A stretch of 64,000 bases of DNA. It comes from an uncultured cyanobacterium (GTDB taxonomy: Bacteria; Cyanobacteriota; Cyanobacteriia; Phormidesmidales; Phormidesmidaceae). The stretch is taken from positions 320,001 through 384,000 of the forward strand of contig CAWBZI010000004.1 in NCBI GenBank assembly GCA_963793265.1, given 5' to 3'. Within the stretch, counting starts at the first letter, position 1. Every line of letters begins with the position of its first letter. Position numbers and translations under genes: made by a program. The notes under the pieces are model-generated. The model worked only from the letters and a program-made list of their open reading frames with translations, did no database searches and was not told the DNA's origin. This document shows, one piece after another, positions 40,384 to 50,016 of the stretch.

Positions 40384-42285
40384 ATGACAGCGGCGCTTCA
40401 CGAATTAGAAAGAAACAACTGGGCTCGGTCTATTCGCTATGACGAAGTGACCGCAATTCCTGAAGTGTGGCCGATTGTGGCAGGCAAGTATGGCAATGCT
40501 TTGGCGCTGCATGATCCGCATACGAGCCCCGAAACGAAATATACGTACGGCGAGCTAGCCGCCGATATTAAGCGCTTTGCGGCTGGATTGCAGGCGCTAG
40601 GGGTAGAGCCGGGGGAGACGATCGCCCTTTTCTCTGAAAACCGTCCGCGCTGGCTGGTGGCCGATCAGGGCGTGATGACAGCAGGTGCGATTGACGCAGT
40701 GCGCGGGGCGAATGCTGACAGCGCTGAGCTGCTGTTTATTTTGCAAAACAGCGACAGCATTGGGCTGATCGTGCAGGATATTACGACGCTAAATAAGCTG
40801 TCGAGCGATCTGAGCGGGGCCGGTCTGCGCTTTATTATTTTGCTGACGGATGAAGCGGCTGAGCTGGATGCTGATTTGGGCGGGGCGAAGCTGCTGAATT
40901 TTTCTGAGCTGATGGGGACGGGCGGCGAGCTGAAGCCAGTGAGGCTAGAACGCGATCGCACGGCAACCCTCATGTACACCTCGGGCACCTCTGGAATGCC
41001 AAAGGGCGTGATGCTCAGCCATAGCAATCTATTCTCTCAAATTTCGGGCGCTAGCAGCGTTGTGAGCGTCGGCCCAGAGCAAACGGTGATGAGCATTTTG
41101 CCGATTTGGCACTCCTATGAGCGATCTTTTGAATACTTCACGCTCTCGCAGGGCGTAACGCAAATTTATACAAATATCCGCTCTGTCAAAAAAGATCTCA
41201 AGGCGCATAGCCCGCAATATATGGTGGCGGTGCCGCGTCTGTGGGAGTCGATTTATGAAGGGGTGCAAAAGCAGTTTCGCGATCAGCCGGAGAGTAAGCA
41301 AAAGCTGGTTGCTTTCTTTTTGGCGAAAAGCCAGGAATACATTGAGGCCAGGCGCGTTTTGAGCGGGCTTAAGCTCGATCAGCTTGAGAGTTCGCCCGTG
41401 CAGAAAATAATCGCAGCGGCGAAGATGAGCTATTTGTGGCCGCTGCATCAGGTGGGCGATCGCCTGGTATACGGCAAAGTGCGCGATGCATTAGGCGGTA
41501 AAGTAGACTACCTCGTCAGCGGCGGTGGCTCTATCGCTGACTATCTCGAAGACTTTTACGAGATTGCTGGGATTGAAATCTTAGGCGGCTATGGTCTGAC
41601 TGAAACTTCGCCAATTACCCACGTGCGTCGCCCGTGGCGTAATCTGCGCGGGGCTGACGGCCAGGCGGTGCCGGGCGTTGAAACCTTGATTGTGAATCCT
41701 GAAACGCGCCAGCCTTTGCCAACCGGTACGCCTGGACTCGTGCTGCTGCGCGGCCCGCAGATTATGCAGGGCTATTACAAAAATCCTGAGGCGACGGCTA
41801 AGGCGATTGACGCTGAAGGTTGGTTTGATACGGGCGATTTGGGCCAGCTAACGCCAATGGGTGACTTGGTGATTACCGGGCGAGCTAAAGATACGATTGT
41901 GCTCACAAACGGCGAAAATATTGAGCCAACGCCGATTGAAAATGCCTGCTTGCGGAGCCCCTATGTGGATCAGATCATGCTGGTGGGACAGGATCAAAAG
42001 TTTATTGGGGCGCTGATTGTGCCGAGTGCGGAGGCCATGGAGAAGTGGGCAAACGGCAAGCCGGTGGATCTGAACGCTAAGGCTGTGCGTGATTTGTTTA
42101 AGCAGGAGCTAAAGCGTGAGGTGGCTAAGCGGCCTGGCTATCGGCCTGACGATCGGATTGGCGCTTTTGAGCTGCTGACGGAACCTTTTAGCGTAGAGAA
42201 CGGCCTATTGACCCAGACGCTGAAGGTGAAGCGGGCTCAGGTGAGCGATCGCTATCGTGAAGCTATCGACCGCCTATACGCATAA
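40384..42285 (+). CDS. aas: Long-chain acyl-ACP synthetase / AMP-dependent ligase
   Basis: YTSGTSGMPKG, GYGLTE, FDTGDLG, GRAKD; synteny with ylqD-pdhC. Confidence 0.88.
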   Translation: MTAALHELERNNWARSIRYDEVTAIPEVWPIVAGKYGNALALHDPHTSPETKYTYGELAADIKRFAAGLQALGVEPGETIALFSENRPRWLVADQGVMTAGAIDAVRGANADSAELLFILQNSDSIGLIVQDITTLNKLSSDLSGAGLRFIILLTDEAAELDADLGGAKLLNFSELMGTGGELKPVRLERDRTATLMYTSGTSGMPKGVMLSHSNLFSQISGASSVVSVGPEQTVMSILPIWHSYERSFEYFTLSQGVTQIYTNIRSVKKDLKAHSPQYMVAVPRLWESIYEGVQKQFRDQPESKQKLVAFFLAKSQEYIEARRVLSGLKLDQLESSPVQKIIAAAKMSYLWPLHQVGDRLVYGKVRDALGGKVDYLVSGGGSIADYLEDFYEIAGIEILGGYGLTETSPITHVRRPWRNLRGADGQAVPGVETLIVNPETRQPLPTGTPGLVLLRGPQIMQGYYKNPEATAKAIDAEGWFDTGDLGQLTPMGDLVITGRAKDTIVLTNGENIEPTPIENACLRSPYVDQIMLVGQDQKFIGALIVPSAEAMEKWANGKPVDLNAKAVRDLFKQELKREVAKRPGYRPDDRIGAFELLTEPFSVENGLLTQTLKVKRAQVSDRYREAIDRLYA

Positions 42286-42461
42286 ACTGCGTTTGTGTCC
42301 TGATAGATGGGCACAATGTTGGCAAGCATATAAAGAAAAGTTGATATAAGGAAAAATGAACCCGCCTGTAGGGTCTGCGCTATGGCCTGATGTGGTGTTT
42401 CCTGATTCAATTGAAACCGTTCCGTTTTTTTAGTTGTCTATAACTCCCCCTTTACTTCGCC

Positions 42462-42911
42462 ATGGATGTTTCCCAGTCTCAACTACTGCTCAAGCGCGTT
42501 GTCAATATCAAAGCAGTGGTGACGCCGCTGTGGAAAGAAGAGGCTCAAAAGCAACTGCAAAGCCAGCTCAACCAGATTGACGGTCGCTTGCAGCAGCTCG
42601 AAATGCAGAGCCAGCGTATTTTGACTGAAATGCAAAAGCAAGGCTCTGACCCGGCTGATGCCGCGGTTGCCCAGCAAATTAGCAGCGTACAGGCCAAGCT
42701 TAACCAGGATAAAAGCCAGCTATTACAGCAAAAGAACCAGCTTCTTCAGCAGCTTCAGCAGGTGCAGACGCTAGAGCAAGAAAAGGAAGTCAGCCAAGGC
42801 CAGATTGACGGCTTTTTTAAGGTTGCCGTGGGCGATCATATGATTAAAAAAATGCAGGTCGAGATTTTGCTTCGCGATGGCGTCGTCGAAGACATTCGCG
42901 GCGAACTGTAG
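42462..42911 (+). CDS. YlqD family protein
   Basis: LKRVVNIKAVVTPLWKEE...EILLRDGVV. Confidence 0.88.
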   Translation: MDVSQSQLLLKRVVNIKAVVTPLWKEEAQKQLQSQLNQIDGRLQQLEMQSQRILTEMQKQGSDPADAAVAQQISSVQAKLNQDKSQLLQQKNQLLQQLQQVQTLEQEKEVSQGQIDGFFKVAVGDHMIKKMQVEILLRDGVVEDIRGEL

Positions 42912-42934
42912 GCTCACATAGCTTGAAAAATCCT

Positions 42935-42959
42935 GTAGGGACGTGCGTTTGTGCGTCCT
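42935..42959. repeat. Degenerate GTAG-type REP-like palindrome
   Basis: GTAGGGACG...CGTCCT after the ylqD stop. Confidence 0.45.
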
Positions 42960-43089
42960 TTCTACTTTGCTGGCTGCTTTGGTGTGCTAACGATGTCCAA
43001 ACCCAACATCACCGGGCTCCCACAACGGGATACAATCAGTTGCTAGCAAAAACCTAGCGCCAAAGCTGTTGTCCATATAAGCTCCATCC

Positions 43090-44466
43090 ATGATTCGCGA
43101 AGTCTTTATGCCTGCTCTCAGCTCTACGATGACTGAGGGAAAAATCGTTTCCTGGGCCAAGTCTGCTGGTGACAAGGTAGAAAAGGGCGAAACCGTTGTT
43201 GTGGTTGAGTCTGATAAGGCCGATATGGACGTGGAGTCTTTTTATGAAGGCTACCTGGCGGTGATTGTGACTGAAGCGGGCGAGATGGCTCAGGTGAATG
43301 ACGCGATCGCATTCCTGGCTGAAACCCCCGAAGAGATTGAAGAGGCTAAGCAGAAAGCAGCCAGTATTAGCAATGGTTCAGGTGTGGCTCCAACCACCGC
43401 CCCAACAACAGTAAAAGCGGCGAGCCCTGAACCGGCTGCGGCTCAAACTGAAGAGGCGATCGCGGCCATTCCCCAAGCCGTCGCAGACACCACCACCGCC
43501 GCTTCTCAAAACGCCGCTTCCCAGAACGGCGGCGGCACCGTCTCAGGCCGAGTCATCGTTTCGCCTCGCGCCCGTAAGCTGGCCAAGCAGCTTAAAGTAG
43601 AACTCAACGGCCTACAAGGCTCCGGCCCGCACGGTCGAATCGTCGCTCAAGACATCGAAAAAGCCGCTGGCCAAACGCCGTCGCCAACCTCAGCCGCGAC
43701 TCAGCAGCTTGCGCCCCCAGCGCCTACGACTCCTGTTGTCGTTCCTGGTGCTTCTAGAGCTTCAGCAGCGCCCGCGCCCGTGCCTGCTGCCCCCGGCGAA
43801 CTCGTCGCCTTCAACTCGCTTCAGCAAGCCGTCGTCCGTAATATGGACGCTAGCCTCTCGGTGCCTGTTTTCCGCGTCGGCTATACCATCACAACTAACG
43901 CGCTAGACGCTTTATATAAGCAAATCAAGCCTAAAGGCGTCACCATGACGGCGCTATTGGCCAAGGCTGTTGCCGTCACGCTGCAAAAGCATCCGGTTGT
44001 AAACGCTAGCTTCTCGCCTACGGGCATTCAGTACAGCAATAGCATTAATATCGCTGTTGCCGTTGCCATGCCGGACGGTGGCTTGATTACGCCTGTGCTA
44101 CGCAGTGCGGATCAGATGGATATTTATTCGCTTTCTCGGACTTGGAAGGACTTGGTGGCGCGATCGCGCTCTAAGCAGCTCTCACCCGAAGAGTACAACA
44201 GCGGCACCTTCACGCTTTCTAATCTCGGCATGTTTGGCGTCGATAGCTTTGATGCGATTTTGCCGCCTGGGCAGGGGTCTATTTTGGCCATTGGCGGGGC
44301 GCTGCAAAAAGTGGTGGCTACGCCTGACGGTCTAATGGGCGTGCGTAAGCAGATGCGGGTGAATATGACCAGCGATCATCGCATTATCTATGGCGCAGAC
44401 GGCGCGGCCTTTTTGAAAGACCTGTGCGATTTGATTGAGAATAATGCGCAGTCTTTGACGCTGTAG
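43090..44466 (+). CDS. pdhC: Pyruvate dehydrogenase E2, dihydrolipoamide acetyltransferase
   Basis: Lipoyl domain ESDKA, E3-binding GSGPHGRI, DHRIIYG. Confidence 0.95.
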   Translation: MIREVFMPALSSTMTEGKIVSWAKSAGDKVEKGETVVVVESDKADMDVESFYEGYLAVIVTEAGEMAQVNDAIAFLAETPEEIEEAKQKAASISNGSGVAPTTAPTTVKAASPEPAAAQTEEAIAAIPQAVADTTTAASQNAASQNGGGTVSGRVIVSPRARKLAKQLKVELNGLQGSGPHGRIVAQDIEKAAGQTPSPTSAATQQLAPPAPTTPVVVPGASRASAAPAPVPAAPGELVAFNSLQQAVVRNMDASLSVPVFRVGYTITTNALDALYKQIKPKGVTMTALLAKAVAVTLQKHPVVNASFSPTGIQYSNSINIAVAVAMPDGGLITPVLRSADQMDIYSLSRTWKDLVARSRSKQLSPEEYNSGTFTLSNLGMFGVDSFDAILPPGQGSILAIGGALQKVVATPDGLMGVRKQMRVNMTSDHRIIYGADGAAFLKDLCDLIENNAQSLTL

Positions 44467-44501
44467 GCTTAGAGAAGAGACAAGAGAATGGTGCGCGTTT
44501 A

Positions 44502-44620
44502 GGGTCGGCTGGTAGCTTAGGTTGCCGACCCACCCCGTCGCTGCGCGCCACCCCTCCCAAGAGGGGAACTTGGCTGTGTGTCTAGAGATCCGGGACTTGG
44601 TTCCCGGTGGGAACCGTAAG
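44502..44620. repeat. Cluster of short palindromic dispersed repeats
   Basis: GGGTCGGC..GCCGACCC, CCCCTC-ccaa-GAGGGG and GGTTCCC-ggt-GGGAACC hairpins between convergent genes. Confidence 0.5.
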
Positions 44621-44680
44621 GGAGGGGTTTTCGATGTATAACGCTAAACGGATACCCTCCTCGACTTCAAAACCCTACGG

Positions 44681-44890
44681 CTACTTATTACGGCTGTCCA
44701 AATTGTCTAACCGCGTTTTTTGAATGGTGTTTGACTCATCCGGTAGCTGGCTTACCGTCTGATTGTCTATTTCACCAAGATGGCTCTTCGGAACGTTTTT
44801 ACCGCCGCTAACCTCCGTGAGCTTTTCATCTTCTAATTTCTTGTCGGCCTCAACAGCTTCATTTGGATTATTCTGTTTGTTCTCTGACAT
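44681..44890 (-). CDS. Double-glycine-leader peptide (candidate RiPP/bacteriocin precursor) B
   Basis: LEDEKLTEVSGG leader; core IQKTRLDNLDSR; GAGGTA RBS. Confidence 0.75.
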   Translation of the reverse strand: MSENKQNNPNEAVEADKKLEDEKLTEVSGGKNVPKSHLGEIDNQTVSQLPDESNTIQKTRLDNLDSRNK

Positions 44891-44935
44891 TGTAAATACC
44901 TCAATGTATGTTGTAGAAACGTTTAATAATGAATG

Positions 44936-44965
44936 AAAAAAGTTCCAGACTTTGTAGTCTGGAAC
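44936..44965 (-). terminator. Rho-independent terminator after peptide A
   Basis: GTTCCAGACT/AGTCTGGAAC 10-bp stem followed by T6 on the minus strand. Confidence 0.75.
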
Positions 44966-45000
44966 GTGGGTGTGTGAGGAGCTAAAACAAATCGATGAAC

Positions 45001-45192
45001 TTACTTGCTAGAATCGCGGTTTTCTAGAGCATCTAAGCGAGTCTTTTGGATGTCTTCAACGCTCTTGCTAGAGTCGCGAGAATCTAAAGCCTCTAGACGT
45101 GTCTTTTGGATTTTGTTGCCGCCTGCTACGTCTTTGAGCTGTTCGTCTGAAATCTGGCCTTCTGCTGGGTTAGTCTTCTTATCGTCTGACAT
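45001..45192 (-). CDS. Double-glycine-leader peptide (candidate RiPP/bacteriocin precursor) A, two tandem cores
   Basis: ISDEQLKDVAGG leader; IQKTRLEALDSRDSSK and IQKTRLDALENRDSSK; GAGGTA RBS. Confidence 0.78.
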   Translation of the reverse strand: MSDDKKTNPAEGQISDEQLKDVAGGNKIQKTRLEALDSRDSSKSVEDIQKTRLDALENRDSSK

Positions 45193-45317
45193 GTGTCTTA
45201 CCTCGTGGTGTGTTGTTTAGTTGACAGTTCTACTTTAGCCAGCCTGCTTCGCGATCGCCTGAGCGGTTGATGAGAAGTGGGTAAATGTTTCTTCAGCTAG
45301 TTTTCAGGGAAAATCAT

Positions 45318-46724
45318 TCAAGCTTTTTGTTCTATCTGACGGGCGATCGCAACCAGATCATCCAAAAAAGCCTCAATGTCTTCCATTTCCGTTTGGTTGT
45401 TGCAAATCACCAAACGAAAGAACACCTGGCCGTTTAGCTGAGCATAGTTCACCATCGCCAATCCCTTATTCATCAAAATCTCGCGCACTTTCAGCGTCAT
45501 CTCGCTGGCGTTCTCTTTCACTTTGGGCACGTATTGAAAGCACACGTTAACCGCAGTTCTTGGAAAAACCATCCTTAGCGACTCATGAGCGTTAATGAGC
45601 GCTTCTGTTTTTGCCGCCAGCGTGAAATAGCGATCAATCATCGTTTCCCAGCCGCGATCGCCCAAGTGCTGCCAAGCCAACCACAGCTTTAGCGCATCTA
45701 CGCGTCTGCCGCAATGAATCGTGCTAGGGCCTAAGTCAGTCGGCTCCTGCTCGGATGAATGGAATAGATAATCCATATCATCAGCCGAAAAAGCGCTCAT
45801 CATCATGCCGCGCTGCTTTACAACCAGCATGGAACACATCAGCGTCATGCCCATCATTTTATGCGCGTCCCAAACAACTGAATCCGCCAGGTGTGCGCCC
45901 TGCATCAGGTGCCGGTGCGTTTGGCTCAGCAGTACGCTAGCGCCCCAGGCCCCGTCTATGTGGAACCAGAGGTTTTCTCTTTGCGCGATCGCTGCAATCT
46001 CTACAAACGGATCGTAAGCGCCTCGCACAGTCGTTCCTGCCGTCCCTGAGATGAAGAAGGGCCGTGCGCCTTGAGCGATCGCTGAGGCAATCAACGATTC
46101 TAGCGCCGCTGGTATCATCGCTCCCTGCTCATCTACCGGCACTCGCCAGAGCTGCTCGGTGCCTATCCCTAGTAGCTGAGCGGCTTTGGTGAAAGAGTAG
46201 TGCGCGTCTTTAGAGACAAAAGCCACAAGCTTCGGCGCTCCTGATGTGCCCGTTTTCTTTAGCTCAGGCAGGGCGCGGTGCCGGGCGATCACCATTGCCA
46301 TTAAGTTGCCATTGCTGCCGCCCGTTGTGAACTGTCCTTCTGGCTGCTTATAGCCAATCAGCTCGCCTGCTTTAGCAATGAGCGTTTTCTCTATTAAGGT
46401 TGCGACCGGCGCGACCTCATGGGTGTACATAGAGGTATTAGTGGCGCTAGAGAGCACGTCGCCCATAAAGCAGGCCGCGCTAAAGCCGCCCCATAGCTGG
46501 TTGAAGTAGGCGGGATGGGCTGTTTTTACAGCGTGAGATAGGTAGCTGGCGATGTCGGTGTTGAGTTTGCTTAGGGGTTTGCCTTCGGTGGGGAGGGCTA
46601 GGGAGAGGCGATCGCGCAAAACTTCTGGACTGACAGGTTCAGCCACGGTTGACCGTCGCGTTGAATCAGCAAAAAAGTTTTCTAGCTGCTGTAGCAAACT
46701 GAGATAGTCGGAAGCTTGAAACAT
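45318..46724 (-). CDS. Group II PLP-dependent decarboxylase, probable cysteine sulfinic acid decarboxylase
   Basis: YFNQLW, HIDGAWG, WDAHKMM (PLP Lys); W-x19-S-x-Y motif. Confidence 0.85.
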   Translation of the reverse strand: MFQASDYLSLLQQLENFFADSTRRSTVAEPVSPEVLRDRLSLALPTEGKPLSKLNTDIASYLSHAVKTAHPAYFNQLWGGFSAACFMGDVLSSATNTSMYTHEVAPVATLIEKTLIAKAGELIGYKQPEGQFTTGGSNGNLMAMVIARHRALPELKKTGTSGAPKLVAFVSKDAHYSFTKAAQLLGIGTEQLWRVPVDEQGAMIPAALESLIASAIAQGARPFFISGTAGTTVRGAYDPFVEIAAIAQRENLWFHIDGAWGASVLLSQTHRHLMQGAHLADSVVWDAHKMMGMTLMCSMLVVKQRGMMMSAFSADDMDYLFHSSEQEPTDLGPSTIHCGRRVDALKLWLAWQHLGDRGWETMIDRYFTLAAKTEALINAHESLRMVFPRTAVNVCFQYVPKVKENASEMTLKVREILMNKGLAMVNYAQLNGQVFFRLVICNNQTEMEDIEAFLDDLVAIARQIEQKA

Positions 46725-46825
46725 AGATAGTGCGCTCTTTTAATTTCATGGGTCAATCGTATTGAACCGTACCAAAATGAGAAAAGCCCAGAACGATTCG
46801 CAGTTCTCAGCGCTTTTGACGCCGT

Positions 46826-46932
46826 TTACACCAAGCCCGAATCGCATACCCCTAAGCCGTACCCTTCGTAGGGGCGTAAGACCTTACGCCCTCCGATCAT
46901 CTAAGGTCTGAGCAGTCAGGATTTGGTATTAG
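46826..46932. mobile_element. Possible degenerate MITE carrying a GTAG REP-like hairpin
   Basis: Imperfect ends TTACACCAAGCCCG / CAGGATTTGGTATTA; internal GTAGGGGCGTAAG-ac-CTTACGCCC at 46868-46891. Confidence 0.35.
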
Positions 46933-46966
46933 TTAAAGAATCGTTATGCCATATAAACGTTATTTA

Positions 46967-47000
46967 TATAGTTTTTGCTATTTGATTTGCAAAAACTATA
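46967..47000. promoter_or_regulatory. Perfect 12-bp inverted repeat, candidate operator
   Basis: TATAGTTTTTGC-N10-GCAAAAACTATA in a divergent intergenic region. Confidence 0.5.
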
Positions 47001-47067
47001 GATAAGCTGTTAAAGCATGGACATTTAGCTACAGGCAACGTTCCTTTGAACTTATCAGGTCATATTC

Positions 47068-47601
47068 ATGGATGCTCACAAACAACCCTCTCTTCCCTGG
47101 TATCGCTGGCTCAATAGTGAGAAAGTCATCCGACTATTAGAGACAGTTCAGGACTTTATTGTTATTTGCTTGTGTATTGGGCTGTTTAGCTTTATGGTTC
47201 TTCAGCTAAGAGAGATGGCGCTATCGCTACTGCCGCCGCTAGATTTTCAGCCTGTTACCTCAGATATTTTATTCCTACTAATTCTAGTAGAGCTGTTCCG
47301 GCTGCTGATCATTTACCTGCAAGAACATCGCGTTTCGATTGGGGTTGCGGTCGAAGTTTCAATTGTTTCTGTACTCAGAGAGATTATTGTAAGGGGCGTG
47401 CTAGAAACGCCTTGGGCTCAAGTCCTAGTTGCCTGCGTGTTTTTGCTGGTGCTGGGTGCTTTGCTTGTGATCCGAGTTTGGATACCGCCTACTTTTGACG
47501 GCATCGACCCGGAACAGTTGGTATCAGAACGTCACCGTACGCGGGTAGTAGAAGAGAAAGTGAGTCCGTATCCGGCTCGAAGCGCATCAAAACATCTGTA
47601 G
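47068..47601 (+). CDS. PsiE-family membrane protein
   Basis: DILFLLILVELFRLLIIYL..H, VEVSIVSVLREII. Confidence 0.85.
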   Translation: MDAHKQPSLPWYRWLNSEKVIRLLETVQDFIVICLCIGLFSFMVLQLREMALSLLPPLDFQPVTSDILFLLILVELFRLLIIYLQEHRVSIGVAVEVSIVSVLREIIVRGVLETPWAQVLVACVFLLVLGALLVIRVWIPPTFDGIDPEQLVSERHRTRVVEEKVSPYPARSASKHL

Positions 47602-47663
47602 AATTCCCGTGATTGTGTATGCTTGGGCAGTTGCTCAAAAGCCTAACGCGGATACACAACTGC

Positions 47664-48083
47664 ATGACGCCATCTCGCAAACCCGACCGCCAGAGAGAAC
47701 ATCAGGCCAACGAGCGAACGTTTTTAGCCTGGCTGCGTACGTCAATTGCGCTGATCGGCTTCGGATTTGCGATCGCCCGCTTTGGCCTTTTTCTCCAGCA
47801 GCTTCAGGCGCTAGAATTTCCTGCTGAAGCGGCGACCTTAAATTCTCAAACTTTGGGCATTGGCTTAGTAGTGCTAGGCATTGCTGTGATTGTCTTAGCT
47901 GCCTGGCGCTACAATCAGGTGTTTTTGCAAATTGAACGAGGAGCCTATCGCCCTAATCGCTGGGCAATTTGGCTATTGACGGGCGTTGTTACTGTCTTGG
48001 GATTGATGAGCCTGCCGCTGCTGACTAGACAACAGATTTCGGGTGAGCGATCGCCTACTCCTGATTCTGTTCATACGAGATAG
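47664..48083 (+). CDS. DUF202 / YidH family membrane protein
   Basis: REHQANERTFLAWLRTSIALIGFG. Confidence 0.9.
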   Translation: MTPSRKPDRQREHQANERTFLAWLRTSIALIGFGFAIARFGLFLQQLQALEFPAEAATLNSQTLGIGLVVLGIAVIVLAAWRYNQVFLQIERGAYRPNRWAIWLLTGVVTVLGLMSLPLLTRQQISGERSPTPDSVHTR

Positions 48084-48120
48084 TCCTTCTATATGTATGT
48101 CCTTATTAACGTGCTTGCAG

Positions 48121-50016
48121 TTAGAAAGGGTAGATCAAAGGCGCGATCATGACAGTCACCACCCCATACAGCAAATTCAAAGGCACGCCCACCCGTAGAA
48201 AGTCAGAGAATTTATAGCCGCCCGGCCCGCACACCATCAGGTTGGTTTGGTAGCCGATGGGGGTTGCAAAGCTAGCAGACGCGGCCACCATAATGCTAAT
48301 AACAAAAGGTGTGCTGCTGACGCCAAGCTGAGTGGCTAAAGAAAGTGAAATCGGAAAAATCAGCGCAGCAGCAGCGTTATTAGTGATGATTTCGGTGAGT
48401 ACAGTGGTGATGGCATATACAGCGGCCAGAGCCAGCCAGGGATTGTTACCGGCTGCGCCTACAACAGTCGTGGCGATCGCCTCAGCCGCCCCGGTAGAAT
48501 CCAGAGCCTGCCCTAATGCCAGCGCGGCAGCAATTACCAGCAGTACCGACCAGTCAATACTGCGCATAGCCTGAGCTGGAGAACAACAGCCCAGCGCGAT
48601 CATCCCGACTGCCGCGAGCACTGCCGCCTGTAGCATACTCAACCAGCCGACAGCAGCGAAAACCACCATGATTACAGTTAGCGCAAAGGCGATGCGCGAT
48701 CGCTCATGTCGCATCGGTTCAGAATTAGGCACGCCGCTAATTAAATAGAAGTCGCGCGAGATTCTCCGCTTGTTGACAAAATCACTAGAGGCTTCAAGCA
48801 GCAGCGTGTCGCCCGGCTGAAGGCGAATGTCACCAATTTTGCCCGTGATGCGATCCCCATTACGAGCCGCTGCCACTACCACCGCATTGTACTGTGTGCG
48901 AAACTGACTTTCCCGAATGGTCTTGCCGACTAGAGGGCACGTATTAGACACTACCGCCTCAATTAAACTACGCTCAGCCGGTGAACCCTCTAGCTTCGCG
49001 CCCTGATTAGTGGCTACTTGAAGCCCACGAATGCGCTGCAAATCTAAAATAGAATCGATCATGCCAACAAATAGCAACAGATCGCCCTCTTGCAGTCTCT
49101 CTAAGGGGCCAACTGCTGAGAGCACCTGCGAGTCTCGACGGATTTCGGCTAAGTAAAGGTTCGGCAAATGCCGCAGCCCAGCTTTCTCAACGGTTTTACC
49201 TACTAAAGAACTGCCCACCACCTTCATCTCTACCGTGTACTCTCGCAAATCGTCCGTGCTACTCAACACGGCCTGGCGGTCGGGCAGCAGCCAGCTTTGC
49301 GTCGAGTACAAGAATAAGAATCCAGCCAGCGCGCAGGGCAATCCGACCCAGGCAATATCAAAGAGTTTCAGCCCGCTACCTGTAGCATCTATCAGCAGAC
49401 CGTTGACAACTAGGTTTGTGCTGGTGCCAATTAAAGAACAGAGCCCGCCAAAAATAGCCGCGTAGCTCAGTGGAATCATGAGCTTAGAGGGACTAAAGCG
49501 CAGCTTGCGGCACCAGTCATTCACGACCGGGATAAACATTGCCACCACAGGCGTGTTGTTGAGAAAGGCGCTTGCGCCCATCACTGGTAGCATGAGGCGA
49601 ACAAGGGCTCGGCTCGGGGTTTTTGGCATTCCTAAAACCTGCTGCGATACCCACTGCAGAGCGCCCGTTTGCTGCAAGCCCGCGACCACAATGTAGAGGA
49701 CGCCAACGGTAATCATGCCAGCGTTGCTGAAGCCTGCGAGTGCTGCTTTCTCGTCTAAAACGCCGCTTAAGAACAAGACGGCGGCTGCGCCTAGAAAAAC
49801 GATATCGGCAGGGAGCGGGGTGAAGGCGTTACCGCAAAAGGCGGCGATGGTGGTGGCGATCGCGAGCCAGGCTTGCCATGAAAGCGTGCTGGTTGCTAGG
49901 CCCTGATGTAGAAAGGTGAACCCCAGGCTTAGCGTGAGTCCGAGTACGATAGAAGCTGTGAAAATTAAACGCTTTTGACCTTGCGATCGCCCGTTAAACA
50001 GCCGCTGTGTGCCCAT
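48121..50016 (-). CDS. SLC13/DASS family permease with two TrkA-C domains (possible sulfate transporter)
   Basis: SAFLNNTPVV, LIGTSTNL, TNNAAA, FATPIGYQTNLMV. Confidence 0.9.
   Translation of the reverse strand: MGTQRLFNGRSQGQKRLIFTASIVLGLTLSLGFTFLHQGLATSTLSWQAWLAIATTIAAFCGNAFTPLPADIVFLGAAAVLFLSGVLDEKAALAGFSNAGMITVGVLYIVVAGLQQTGALQWVSQQVLGMPKTPSRALVRLMLPVMGASAFLNNTPVVAMFIPVVNDWCRKLRFSPSKLMIPLSYAAIFGGLCSLIGTSTNLVVNGLLIDATGSGLKLFDIAWVGLPCALAGFLFLYSTQSWLLPDRQAVLSSTDDLREYTVEMKVVGSSLVGKTVEKAGLRHLPNLYLAEIRRDSQVLSAVGPLERLQEGDLLLFVGMIDSILDLQRIRGLQVATNQGAKLEGSPAERSLIEAVVSNTCPLVGKTIRESQFRTQYNAVVVAAARNGDRITGKIGDIRLQPGDTLLLEASSDFVNKRRISRDFYLISGVPNSEPMRHERSRIAFALTVIMVVFAAVGWLSMLQAAVLAAVGMIALGCCSPAQAMRSIDWSVLLVIAAALALGQALDSTGAAEAIATTVVGAAGNNPWLALAAVYAITTVLTEIITNNAAAALIFPISLSLATQLGVSSTPFVISIMVAASASFATPIGYQTNLMVCGPGGYKFSDFLRVGVPLNLLYGVVTVMIAPLIYPF

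Noticed and set aside
40384..44466. aas, pdhC and the neighbouring desaturase/SDR as tailoring enzymes for the double-glycine peptides
   Set aside because: aas-ylqD-pdhC is ordinary cyanobacterial housekeeping synteny and is transcribed convergently to the peptides.
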